The position numbers and the translations under genes were made by a program. A DNA stretch of 64,000 nt from Selaginella moellendorffii (taxonomy: Eukaryota; Plantae; Lycopodiophyta), in NCBI RefSeq assembly GCF_000143415.4, contig NW_003314261.1, positions 4,442,691 through 4,506,690 of the forward strand, given 5' to 3'. The notes beneath the pieces were generated by a model that was not told where the DNA came from, ran no database searches, and saw nothing but the letters and a program-made list of their open reading frames with translations. Shown here piece by piece: positions 47,142 through 59,318 of this stretch; within the stretch, counting starts at the first letter, position 1; each line of letters starts with the position of its first letter.

Positions 47142-47837
47142 CCAATTAACATACGACCAGCACTTAGGAGGTAAAGTTCATCACTCTTGTCTATCGAATC
47201 GCCATAGATTCGAGATTTTTTTTGTTGTCCAAATAGAAGAGCGCCATTCAATCCCGCCCCCTAGATTCCTGGAAAGATCAAGTATAACATTTGATTCTAT
47301 AGTGTCAATCGGAAGTCGCAATCAAGCCAAATCTTATCCAATCCCAGCTGCCCGCGTGGGCAAATCTCCCACATTGTTGTTCACAGCTAAGCCACGCGGC
47401 GCAAGGTGGCCATCCCTCGCCTTTCTCACGTGGCTTGTATAACCTGGGGTTCGCGGTTGCTTCCGGGGGGACACGCGTCACAAGCCCATGTCTCCTGGCC
47501 ATCGATGCGTGCCACGTCCCGTCAGAGATTGCCGAGCGGCGTGACATCTGGCGCATCGAGTGTCACAGTTGGGCGTTCCGCCGTGTCCGTACGAAGATCA
47601 AGTGACACGGATAACATCCACAGTGGAGAATCCCGGCAATCTATAAAAGACGATCGCGGCTGTTAGGGAGACCATTGTCCAAAAGCATTGGAAGGAATTC
47701 ACACTCGAGGCACACGCGATCGTATTCAATCACAGGGGAAGTAGTAGTCAATCGAATCGATTCATCCAGGTGCTCTGTTCTTGGGGGTCTTGATTTTGCT
47801 AGAGCTGTTCTAGATCCAGCATTGGGCGCGTTCTACA

Positions 47838-48500
47838 ATGGGCAGGATAGTGCGATCACCCATGGCAGCGGGGAAGAGATACAAGGGAGTTAGGATGAGG
47901 AGCTGGGGGAAATGGGTCACAGAGATCAGGGAGCCCAAGAAGCGATCGCGCATTTGGCTGGGATCATACGCCACAGCGGAGGTCGCCGCCAGGGCCTACG
48001 ACGCCGCGCTCATGTGTCTGCGTGGCCCCTCGGCCCAATTCAATTTCCCAGACGCTGTTCCAGCGGATCTTCCATACAATCCACAATGCTCCCCGGCGTT
48101 CGTCCAGAAGGCGGCGGCGGCGGCAGCGGCCCAAGCGGCGGCGGCGCTGGGATCCAGCAGCAGCTCCTCGGATCACGAGGAAGTCTCCAATTCCTCCTCG
48201 TCGGTCCCTTCCTTCGAGACGTGCTCGCCCTCCACCTCGTCCTGCGGGAACGTTTCCTCCTCTTTCTCCTCCGACGAGGAGGTGAGCAACGCAAAGGAGG
48301 AACAGGAAAGCGCGAAATTGGGGATCCAGCAGCAGGGGTCACTCGCATTCGACGATCTCAAGGCGATTCTCGAGTTCCCGGTGAATCTCTCGGAGCTGGA
48401 TGGAGCAATCTTCCAGGGATTGAACGAGGAGAGTGGATTGCTGCTCCAGGGGACTAACACCGGCGTTAATCTGGACGATGGGTTGTGGATTTGGCAGTAG
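47838..48500 (+). CDS. AP2/ERF (DREB-subfamily) transcription factor
   Basis: [39 protein letters not shown]...NFP. Confidence 0.93.
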   Translation: MGRIVRSPMAAGKRYKGVRMRSWGKWVTEIREPKKRSRIWLGSYATAEVAARAYDAALMCLRGPSAQFNFPDAVPADLPYNPQCSPAFVQKAAAAAAAQAAAALGSSSSSSDHEEVSNSSSSVPSFETCSPSTSSCGNVSSSFSSDEEVSNAKEEQESAKLGIQQQGSLAFDDLKAILEFPVNLSELDGAIFQGLNEESGLLLQGTNTGVNLDDGLWIWQ

Positions 48501-48935
48501 AGCACGTATCGATCGGTTTCTTCTTCGCTTTTGCATCTTCGTCTTTTTGATCGCGAGACAAATGTACATTTTAGATACGATTTAGTGTCCACCAATTTGT
48601 GGCGAATTATATAAACTTTCCTAAATTTCGGATTAGCACTAAGCTGTCAAACGGTCTAATGCGTTCCACGTGGGCGCCGCGCCGAGGGGACGGGTGGCGC
48701 TCTGTTGTGGCGAAATCTGGACCCTCGGTTTGCCAATTCTTACATCCTACTGTAGCCGCCGGATGTGATGATAGCTATGGCACCTTGAAAGGAAAATTTC
48801 TCTTCCTTGCAGGAAACACGGCGCGCGGTTGTGTGAATTTCTCGAATTCTGGGCATGCGCAGCTAAGGGGGATCGGAAGAATCGTCTCGTCTGTGCGTTC
48901 GTCTCCTCGGTTGATCGGCGCGATTGCTAATTGCT

Positions 48936-49400
48936 ATGGCGGATCGTCCGGGCAGCCCCGACAACAGCTCCGATGAATCGGGCGGAGGGGGCAATTTGAG
49001 CTCGCTGTCGCCGCGCGAGCAGGATCGCTTCCTCCCCATCGCCAATGTGAGCCGGATCATGAAGCGCGGGCTGCCCGGCAACGCCAAGATCTCCAAGGAC
49101 GCCAAGGAGACGGTCCAGGAGTGCGTGTCGGAGTTCATCAGCTTCGTCACGGGCGAGGCGTCGGACAAGTGCCAGCGCGAGAAGCGCAAGACGATCAATG
49201 GGGATGATCTGCTGTGGGCGATGAGCACGCTGGGATTCGAGGACTACGTGGAGCCGCTCAGGGTTTACCTCCACAAGTACCGCGAGCAGGAGGGCGAGAA
49301 GGCAATGCTGGCCAAGGCGGGCGAGCGCGAGGCTCACGCCGATCCGGCGCCACTGCCGCGAGCGATGATCATGTCTGGCTATGGATTCCACCACCGCTGA
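48936..49400 (+). CDS. NF-YB: Nuclear factor Y subunit B
   Basis: [17 protein letters not shown]...[17 protein letters not shown]...[14 protein letters not shown]. Confidence 0.95.
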   Translation: MADRPGSPDNSSDESGGGGNLSSLSPREQDRFLPIANVSRIMKRGLPGNAKISKDAKETVQECVSEFISFVTGEASDKCQREKRKTINGDDLLWAMSTLGFEDYVEPLRVYLHKYREQEGEKAMLAKAGEREAHADPAPLPRAMIMSGYGFHHR

Positions 49401-49750
49401 TCAAAGACAAGCGATCGATGGGATTTCCAGTTCCTTTCTCCTTAGTAGTAGGAGAAATTGACACCACGCTGAGCTTGTAATCTCTTCCTAGAACTAACAG
49501 CAAATCCTTCCTTCCACTTCTTCCTCTTTGTCGATGTTCTCCCAGTCACTGTTGGGATGGTCAATCAAAATCCCTCCACTTTGGCCGATCGATCGAGCGG
49601 TGGTCACTGTAAAATGGGGCGTGCCAATTCGAAAGTGGAGAATCTGGTGAATCATCAGCGTTGGAATCTTGTCCTTCTCTCCCCGTCTGTCATCCACGCG
49701 TCTCGTCCACAAGAGCGTTTTAGGTGAAACAGGAAGGGAAATAAAAGAAA

Positions 49751-50957
49751 ATGTTCTCCACAGGATTAGGGTTCTTCACTCCCATCGCGAGGATCTATTG
49801 CGCCACAGGCGAGGCGCGCTACAAGACAATGGCGATGGCGTCACAGCAGCATCACTTTGGCGCCCAGCCATATTCACGAGGTATCAAAAGATTCTCTTCT
49901 TCGCATTGATGGCGCCAGCGACGATGCGCCTCTGGAGCAGGACCCAATCCGAGGCCTCTTGTTAAACACCATCCTGTTTCAATCCGAGCTCCCGGAGTTT
50001 GTTTCTAGCGGGAGCAACTGCGAAACGATGCCTTCGATTCTTGATGAAGCAGAACTTTTCGGGGTTCTTCACGGCCACTCCAGTGATGCTCAGCTTGATC
50101 TTCACGGTGCTCTACGTGCCGGCATTCGAGGACCTCTCTTTCGATGAGCAAGCTTTCCGCGAGTTAACGCCGCACGCAGTGTTCCAGATCTTCATGTTTA
50201 GCGTCTCGCTCTGTACGGGACTAGAACCCGAGGTCTCGCCCATCTCTCCGTACACTATGGTTTTCGCCAACGTCAATGCTCTCTTGGCACAGCTCTTGTT
50301 CGCCTTTCTCAGTGGCGCTGGTAAGACTGCTATTCCTTTTTTTTTTCTTTTCTCCTCTGATTACTTGCAGTGTTTTCACGAACCTCGCAACCATCGCGGC
50401 CGATATGATGCTCGTCGATGGCGATCATATCTCGAGAAAGATCAATCTTTCAGGTCAGTGAATTGTTTTGCTTGATTCTTCCACGAAAGAAATTTGATTG
50501 ACTTTGTCGGGCTGGCGAATTCTATCGCAGAGTGCTCATGGGACCACAACCGTGCGAACTGGTTGATCTCAAGGTTGAGCTCACCTTGAAATACACTTTG
50601 CTATCAAAGTCGGGGAAATACTTTTGGGGAATGGAACCTCTCAAGCTCGTAAGACGCTCCCGACAACCTTGAGCTTGAAGTGTTACTTACATTGATCTTT
50701 GTGCTGGTCAGGTTCGCAAGGGATACTTTTATCTCAAATATGGAATGCTTGTGAAGCATGTAATAGACGAGAAGAGCCCACTCTACCAGCGATCTCCGGA
50801 GATGCTGATCAAAGAAGACGCGATCATCTCCCTCGGAGTGGTAAGCTCGTGTTTGTTTACGCATCATCGCAATTCTAATTTCTGTTTCTTCTGGTCTCGA
50901 AAGGTTTCCTCCTCATTAACAAGAACACGAGCGTTTACATTGTCGATCAGACAATAG
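49751..50957 (+). pseudogene. Pseudogene copy of the Kir-like channel
   Basis: Homologous to 51253-52639 with frameshifts, a 17-bp deletion in exon 3 and most of the last exon deleted. Confidence 0.85.
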
Positions 50958-51252
50958 GTTTTGAGTGGAAAATTTTCTAGGATCGTGCGTCATCTTTTTC
51001 TTCGTTGGAGTCCCAGCCTCAATCAAACTGGAAGTTCTCACCGATTACAAGGTATCAGTAAGTTTGAATATCCTTACCAGCAAATTCCTAGAACTTTTAT
51101 CCCACCATCTCGATGGCCACTGCAGTTGGAAAGTGGAGAATCTGGTGAATCATCATCGATGGAATCTTCCCTCCCCTTCTCTCCTCCACGCGTCTCGTCC
51201 ACAAGAGCTTTTAGGCAGCGAGGATGGATGGACAGAAGAGAAATACGAGAAA

Positions 51253-52639
51253 ATGCTGTCCACAGGATTAGGGTTCTTCACTCCCATCGCGAGGATCCAT
51301 TGCGCCAGGGCGCCGCCGACGAGGCGCGCTAGGAGAAAATGGCGATGGCGTCACAAGATCGTCACTTTCGCGCCCAGCCAGATTCACGAGGTATCAAAAG
51401 ATTCTCCTCCTCGCATTGGCGATGGCGATGGCGATGGCGATGGCGCCGGCGACGATGCGCCTCTGGAGCTGGAGCTCACGCAATCCGAGCTCCCGGATAT
51501 TGTTTCTAGCGGGAGCTACCAGGTCTTGCAAGACGATGCCTCCATCGTCTCGGATTTCTACACATTCTTGGTGAAGCAGGACTTTTCGGGGTTCTTCACG
51601 GCCATGGTTGCGGCTCCAGTGATGCTCAGCTTGATCTTCACGGTGCTCTACGTGCCGGCATTCCGGGACCTCTCTTACGAGGATCACGCTTTCCGGGAGT
51701 TAACGCCGCTCGCGCTGTTCCAGATCTTCATGTTTAGCGTCTCGCTCTGTACGGGACTAGAACCCGAGGTCTCGCCCATCTCTCCGTACACAATGGTTCT
51801 CGCCAACGTCAATGCTCTCTTGGCACAGCTCTTGTTCGCCTTTCTCAGTGGCGCTGGTAAGACTACTATTTCCTTTTCTTCTTTCGTGACTCCTCTTGAT
51901 TACTTGCAGTGTTTTCGCGACTCTCGCAACCATCGCGGCCGATAAAATGCTCGTCGATGGCGATCATATCTCGAGAAAGATCAAACTCTTCACGATCTTT
52001 CAGGTGAGCGAGTGGTTTCGCTTGGTTCTTTTGCGAAAGATATGTCTGATTGGTTTTGTGGGTGGCGAATTCTAGCGCAGAGTGCTCATGGCTAGATTCG
52101 TTTTAACGGGACCGCAACCATGCGAACTGGTTGATGTGAAGGTTGAGCTGACCTTGAAATACACTGCTCTATCAAAGTCGGGGAAATACTTCCGAGGAAT
52201 GGAACCCCTCAAGCTAGTAAGAAATACCCGACAACATTGAGCTTCAAACCAGATATTTACATTGTTCTTTGCACTTTTCAGGTTCGAAAGGGATGTTTTT
52301 ATCTCAACTATGGAATGCTTGTGAGGCATGTAATAGACGAGAAGAGTCCACTCTACAATCGAACTCCGGAGATGCTGATCAAAGCAGACGCAGCCATCTC
52401 CCTTGGAGTGGTAAGCTTGTTTCTTTACGCATAAGCAATCCTAAGCATTCTGTTTTTGTTTTTCTCAGGTTGGTCTCGAAAGATCATCCATGCAACCGGT
52501 TTTCCACGTCCAGGAATACTGTGCACGCGAGGGACACATTGTCTGGGACGCGAAATTCAACGATATGATCCTCATTAACAAGAACAAGAGCGTACGCATA
52601 GTTGATCACTCTCGGCTAAGCTCGTGGACTAGACAATAG
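51253..52639 (+). CDS. Inward-rectifier (Kir/KirBac-fold) channel-like protein lacking GYG, probable organelle transit peptide (5 exons)
   Basis: Exons 51253-51856, 51910-52003, 52081-52216, 52282-52410, 52469-52639 form an open frame. It gives two TMs, FMFSVSL pore helix, GAVFSRLSQP, LMARF, HVIDEKSPLY, IVWDAKFNDMI and VDHSRL. Confidence 0.8.
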
Positions 52640-52717
52640 ATTTTGCTACCGGGAAGTTCTCTGAGATAACTAGCATCTAAAGTTAGAGCCGAGAGGAAAA
52701 GTTTTCTATACCCGAGA

Positions 52718-53202
52718 TCACGCTGAGTCTTCCTCGTCATCACCACTGTCGTCAGCGATGAGCTCGCGTCTCTTGTTTCCTCGGTCGAACAGATGAAGCC
52801 ACCAGATCTTTTTCTTCCTTGGCTGCTCGAATTCCACACCTTCGAATTTCAGCTTGGAGTCAAAGTAGCGAGTGCCGTAAGCGCCGCCCAGCCCCCAGCC
52901 AAGTCCTACACCAACGCCGCAGCCTCCACCTAGGAAGATCAATAAAAAATCACTGATTCTCAGCGTGGAAGTTCCCGATCGTACCGATTCCAAGGCCGAG
53001 GGTTTGAATCGAAGCGCCTTGAATTGTCTAGTCAGAGGAAATCTGCGAAAACCGGCTCCATTCTTACCTCCAAATCCCCAGCCGATCCCAAAACCACATC
53101 CAATCCCAGCGCCTGGACGCACATTTCTCAGCTCCGGCGAAACTTTGCTCTAGAGCGCTTACCGAAACCAACGCCTACGCCGTTGAATGGAGTCACAACC
53201 AT
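52718..53202 (-). CDS. TGD5: TRIGALACTOSYLDIACYLGLYCEROL 5-like glycine-rich protein (multi-exon)
   Basis: MVVTPFNGVGVGFG|AGIGCGFGIGWGFGG...GGCGVGVGLGWGLGGAYG....KLKFEGVE. Confidence 0.85.
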
Positions 53203-53432
53203 GGCTAGAACAACAAACCCTAATTCTCTATGGGAACAAAGCTTTATCCAACGGCTGGAATTGCGCTGGATCCAACGGCTGCCATTGCTATAAACCTCGA
53301 TAGATATTTTCACTTATCTACGGTGGATGATGGCATTCCGTGTCGGAATGTACACCCTCGGTTCCCTTACTCGAAATCTCCCCGGGCGAAGCCCACGGCA
53401 ACCAGGCGCTTGGTTCCTTGTTTGTCAATCCA

Positions 53433-54011
53433 ATGGTAAGTGAATTCGCATTGCCGCTAGTTTGGTCGATTTGCAACTAGATTCCCCTATAGATCTCTTT
53501 GTAAGGTTGTAGAATGAGGGTTTAATCCATGGATTGGGGTTCTAGGGGAGCAGCAGACACACAATTGTGCTCTTCCAGCCGTACCCAAACAGGAGTAGTC
53601 GGACGTACATGGAATTCGACAGCGTGTATCAATCGATGGATGGTATGCGCTAGAAATATTTCTCCTCTCAAAGAAATCTTTGCTGAGCGATTGAGATTGT
53701 GAGAAATTTTCGAGCAGGGATTTGTGGGCTGTTTGAGAAGAGGCTCAAGGACAGCAATCCCACGGTCCGGAACCTCACGTACGACGTGAGCGAGCTCTAC
53801 GAGTTCATCGATGCTCTGCCCGATCTCTCGGCACTAATGTAAGCTATCAATCGCGGAAATATTGCTTTTTTCATTGATCGATCGCTCCTTCGTGCTGTGT
53901 AGCTTCGACACCGACCTCCAGGCTTACGTTCCTTACGATCGATCGTGGATTAAGCTGCGCGTCTATCAGCATCTCAAGAAGTACGCGTCGCAAGGCCCGC
54001 GCAATGGATAG
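53433..54011 (+). CDS. ERH: Enhancer of rudimentary homolog, paralogue 1
   Basis: ATG-only first exon, RHTIVLFQP...SRTYMEFDSV, GICGLFEKRLK..NP...LTYDV..LY.FID.LPDLSAL, YVPYDRSWIK. Confidence 0.9.
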
Positions 54012-54198
54012 AAGGAGAAAATCGCGTCATCACTTTGATGATGATCTAGAAGAAGGAAGAATAGAGCAAGAACTTTGGTGTCTAGGCCAGAAGCTTAAAT
54101 ATTCTCTCCTTCCAGGCGAATAGGATTTAGGGATTTGTCTCTTTCGGGAAGGTGGGGCGGCAAGGGTGATCCATCGCGCGCTTGGCGATCGCAACGCA

Positions 54199-55101
54199 AT
54201 GGTACGTCGATCGAAATGCGTAGCTCCTCCGGGCGCTGGATTGTGGGACGCGATTCGTACCCCAGCGCGAGCTCATCAATCTCGCTGTGGATTAGCCGAG
54301 AGCGATTTGTGTGATTGTCTCTTAAGTTTGTCTTTGTTTGTAGCAAAGTGGCAGGCACACGATCGTCTTGTACCAGCCGAGCGCCGCGCGAGGAAGCCGG
54401 ACGTTTCTGGATTACGAGAGCGTCACGCAAGCCATGGATGGTGAGACGAGAAAAAAAAAGTGTTTTTGATCCAATCTTCCTTTTGGTTGCAGGGATTTGC
54501 GGCTTGTTCGAGAAGAAGCTCAAGGACATGAACCCCACGATACGAAACATCACGTACGAGGTCGCGGATTTGTATAGATTCATCGATGAGCTTCCGGACA
54601 TGAGCGCTCTCGTGTAAGTTTCGTTCATCTTGTGGCGCTTTGACTTCTTGTCGTGATCATCCTTTAGAATAGATGTGATCGTAAGAAACCTTGGTTTCAA
54701 CTTTCGCGTGAACTCTCTTTCTTTTCAACGATCGGTATGAAGTTTAAGTTTTCGCTGCATGGGTTTGTGCTCGCTACTGAGCTAAAGGACTTTCTTCCAT
54801 GAACTTCTTTCATTTGCTTAATTTGATTTTCTCTTGCCCGAGCTGGTCTCTCTTTGACAATAGCTCAAGTTTACGTTTTCGCTGCACGAATTTGGGCTCG
54901 CTGCCGAGCCAAGGAACTTTCTCGTGTTTCCTAAGATTTCCTTTCTTTAAAAATGTTCTCTCTTATTGTTCCACCGTGACAATCTCTCCTTGTCCATGCA
55001 GATACGATACCGAGGTGAATGCCTACATCCCATACGACCGGCAATGGATTAAGCTGCGCGCCTTCCAACATCTCCGCAAGCTCGCCGGCCAAGCCGCCTA
55101 G
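54199..55101 (+). CDS. ERH: Enhancer of rudimentary homolog, paralogue 2
   Basis: ATG-only first exon, RHTIVLYQP...SRTFLDYESV, GICGLFEKKLKDMNPTIRNITY, YIPYDRQWIK. Confidence 0.92.
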
Positions 55102-56217
55102 CAAGTCGCTGCTGTGCGCGAGGACGCGCCTGTAAATAACAACATGATGGGGACATGGGCAGCATTTAGCAGCCAGGATTCGCTGTGACAAAACCACGAG
55201 CAGAGTATTTAAAACATCGATTCGAGTGAGAGCGAGCGAGGGGAAAGGAGTCTCAAGAAAAATAAGAGAGAGAAAGCCAAGTGTGTGTGGAGAGAGAGAG
55301 AGAGAGAGCTTATCAATAATTTGGAGAACTGGCAGGCCAAAAGAGATGTGATGTGAGTTCTTCCTCGAACTCGAGACGTCTCAACGTTTCTTGCGTGGTA
55401 CATTGTCGGGATCACGCGATTAAATAAAGAGCCATCGCTCGCTCGCGCGCTCGCTCGCTATCTTCACCACCACCAACGCCAACAAGCGGGAGCCAACCGC
55501 TCACCTTCCGCCACGTGTCCGCCAGGCTGGCGCCGTGACGTGGCGAATTGACCAGCCCACCGCTGAATTTGGCAAATGGGGCGCTCGCCTGCGGCTTCCT
55601 AGATAAAGGTTGGATAAAGACCAATAATTCACACCTCCACTCACGCACCCTGGGATTCGAACCGTGAGCCTCAAGAAGGGTAAAGAAGAACATGGAGGCC
55701 ATGACGGGAATAATCTAAAGCTGGTGCCAGCTACCCAGCGAATCGTGCCAAGGGTATATCCTTCCCGCCCCCACTCAAAAGAAAATTTGGCGGGATTTAT
55801 ATCAGTTCGGCAGGGCCGCTAAAATAAGTTCCAATATATCACTACTAGGTAGCGCGCGCACCAATAGGATGCTAGAATGCGTGGATTGGCGGAAGGCCAG
55901 TGTCCACCTCTCGTTGCCATGGACAAATAGTCGCCACGTCGGACTCCTAAAATTTCGGGGCTCGAACACGAGTGGATAAATATAAAATTTTACTTTTGGC
56001 AATCTGCAACCGTGGCAGAATTAGAGCCGCTAGATCTTTCCCATAATTAGATTTTTACTTTAGCGGTGCCCGATTAAAAACAGCCTTGTTAGAATAATAT
56101 AAAAAAGTTAATTAACCCGGGAGCCCGCCCCTTTTTTCATAGCTTGGGGTTCCCTTCTTCTTTGCTTGGTATTCCACATTGAGACTATTAGGGGTTCTTC
56201 CTCCCAAGCTCGTGGCG

Positions 56218-59024
56218 ATGGCGGCCACGATTCTTAGCGCCTTCCAGGTCGAGATCTTGATCCCGGTGGCGGCGCTCATTGGCATCCTGTTCGCGCTCTT
56301 CCAGTGGTACATCGTGTCGAGGGTTTCGGTCGGCGCCGCCACGCGCGTCAGCTCCAACAATGGCTACAACGACTCGCTGCTCAGCCACGAGGAGGACGGG
56401 GACGAGGGCGCCGAGGCCAAATGTGCCGAGATTCAGCAGGCCATCTCGGAAGGTGAGTGGGATTCGTTGTTGCAATGTTCTTGGCTCGCCTTCTTGGGAT
56501 GTAATCTCCAAGAATATCTGGTCTTGCCTTCCAGATCTGTGGTGATCTTCCTGGGATCTATTGTTGTGACTAATTTTCCCTTTTTTTTTTTTTCTCGCAG
56601 GCGCCGAATCCTTTTTGTTCACCGAGTATGGCTACCTTGGCGTGTTTGTGGTCATCTTCTCGGCGTTCATCTTCGTCTTCTTGAGCTCGGTGGAAGGATT
56701 CAGCACCAAAAAGCTCCCTTGCAAGAGTGACCCCTCGCAGCTATGCGCCTCCGCGGTCGCCAATGCTGGCTTCAGCACCATTGCCTTCATCCTGGGCGCC
56801 CTCACCTCCACACTCTCCGGCTACCTGGGGATGAAGATCGCCACCTATGCCAACGCGAGGACCACCCTCGAGGCCAGGAAAGGCGTCAACAAGGCTTTCA
56901 TCGTGGCATTCCGGTCGGGTTCGGTGATGGGTTTCTTACTCGCCGCTAATGGTTTGCTCGTCCTCTTCATTGCTATCATTCTCTTCAAGCTCTTCTATGG
57001 ATCCGACTGGGAGGGCCTGTACGAGGCCATTGCCGGGTATGGTCTTGGAGGTTCCTCGGTGGCCCTCTTCGGTCGTGTTGGTGGCGGCATTTATACCAAG
57101 GCCGCTGATGTTGGTGCGGACCTGGTAGGAAAGGTGGAGCAGAACATTCCAGAGGACGATCCACGAAATCCTGCCGTAAGTTTTGACTCATTTGGTTTGT
57201 GCTCGGACTACTGTATTGATTGTTGCGCGTGTCTGGTTTTCAGGTGATTGCTGACAATGTTGGGGATAACGTGGGTGATATTGCGGGAATGGGAGCTGAC
57301 CTGTTTGGATCTTTTGCGGAGTCGTCCTGTGCGGCGCTTGTCGTTTCATCCATCTCTTCGTTCGGACTCGACAGGGACTTCGTTGCCATGAGCTTTCCGC
57401 TGCTTATCAGTTCCTTTGGCATCGTTGTCTGCCTCATCACAACGTTGTTTGCCACTGACATTTTCGAGGTGAAGGGTGTCAAGGACATCGAGCCCTCTCT
57501 CAAGAAGCAGCTTATTATATCGACTGTCCTGATGACAGTCGCTATTTTCGTCGTGTGCTACATTGCATTGCCGGCTAAGTTCACCATCAACGTCGTTGGC
57601 CATGAACCAAAGATTGTCAAGTGGTGGTACGTATTTGAGCTTTTCTTCAGTGTCTTGGACTAAGATAGTTCTTTCACGTTGCAGGCAACTATTTTTCTGT
57701 GTTGGTTCTGGACTGTGGGCTGGTCTCATTATTGGTTTCGTCACAGAGTATTTTACTAGCAATGCATACAGGTAACTGATTGATTCTTGTGTACTTTCTG
57801 AATATAGTTTATTTCAGACCCGTCCAAGACGTTGCCGATTCCTGCAAGACTGGAGCTGCCACGAACATTATTTTTGGCCTGGCTCTGGGTTACAAGTCCG
57901 TGATTATTCCCGTTATCGCTATTGCGCTGGCTATCTTCCTCAGCTACACTCTCGCTGCTATGTATGGTATTGCTGTTGCGGCCCTTGGAATGCTGAGTAC
58001 GATTGCCACTGGACTCGCAATCGATGCCTACGGTCCGATCAGTGACAATGCTGGAGGCATTGCCGAAATGGCAGGATTCCCTCACAGCATTCGTGAGAGA
58101 ACCGATGCTCTGGATGCTGCAGGAAACACCACAGCTGCCATTGGCAAGGTTCGACAAGAAAAACTCCCCTTTTATTTCTCGCTTTCCTCTTTCTGATGCT
58201 GTTTCATTGTACAGGGATTTGCGATTGGTTCCGCGGCACTCGTCTCGCTTGCTCTCTTCGGTGCGTTCGTGAGCAGAGCTGGAATCGTAGCTGTGGACGT
58301 TATTTCTCCAAAGGAGTTTGTTGGACTGCTGTTCGGTGCCATGCTCCCGTACTGGTTCTCGGCGATGACAATGAAGAGCGTTGGAAAGGCAGCACTGGCT
58401 ATGGTGGAGGAAGTCCGCTCTCAGTTCCAAAACATCCCAGGCCTCATGGAGGGGCGCGCCAAGCCCGACTACAAGTCGTGCGTCAAGATCTCAACCGATG
58501 CATCGATCAAGGAGATGATTCCCCCCGGTGCTCTCGTGATGGTCACTCCCCTCGTCGTGGGATGGTTCTTTGGACCCCAGACACTCTCGGGCCTTCTCGC
58601 CGGAGCTCTAGTCTCTGGAGTACAGGTACTACGCAACATTTTCTTTGGTAGTTTCCTTCTCTTTGTCTTACCTGCTTGGACGTTACCAGATCGCCATTTC
58701 GGCCTCCAACACCGGTGGAGCATGGGACAATGCGAAGAAGTACATTGAAGTAAGATAGCTGTTTGTATGGTACGTAAACTAGCCCTGAGCTTTGTATTTG
58801 TTTTGTTCCAGGCTGGAGCTTCTGAGCACGCAAAGCAACTCGGCCCGAAGGGCTCCGATGCTCATAAGGCTGCTGTGATTGGAGATACCGTTGGCGATCC
58901 CCTCAAGGATACCTCGGGGCCATCGCTAAACATCTTGATCAAGCTCATGGCCGTGGAGTCCCTGGTGTTTGCTCCATTCTTCGCTAGGCACGGTGGCTTC
59001 GTGTTCAAGTGGCTTGGATTGTGA
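56218..59024 (+). CDS. AVP1: Type I (K+-stimulated) vacuolar H+-pyrophosphatase (multi-exon)
   Basis: [38 protein letters not shown] (Ala at the K+-dependence site), [10 protein letters not shown]. Confidence 0.96.
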
Positions 59025-59318
59025 GAAGGACGAAAGGCACGAAAGCTAGCATCATCTTCTCTATACTGAAAAGCCAACATTTTGCAGGGTACTAGGATAT
59101 CTACGAAAAAAAGACCAAAAGACTACTACTATTGTTATGTTTAATAACTTATTCTTCACTTTAGTTCTTTGCTATTTGTAGTTTTAAGATAAAATCAAAT
59201 TACATATCGGTTTTATTGTAAACTCTTTGGTTTTGTGTAAACTACAAACTTGATAACACAAACAATACCAAGAGAAACAATCAGAGGATAGGATCAAAAT
59301 AATTCCTTCCTGGACTCG

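Noticed and set aside
50965-51252. N-terminal extension of the Kir-like ORF
   Set aside because: It has no ATG and is not kept in frame in the duplicate. It more likely represents promoter/UTR or unrelated debris.
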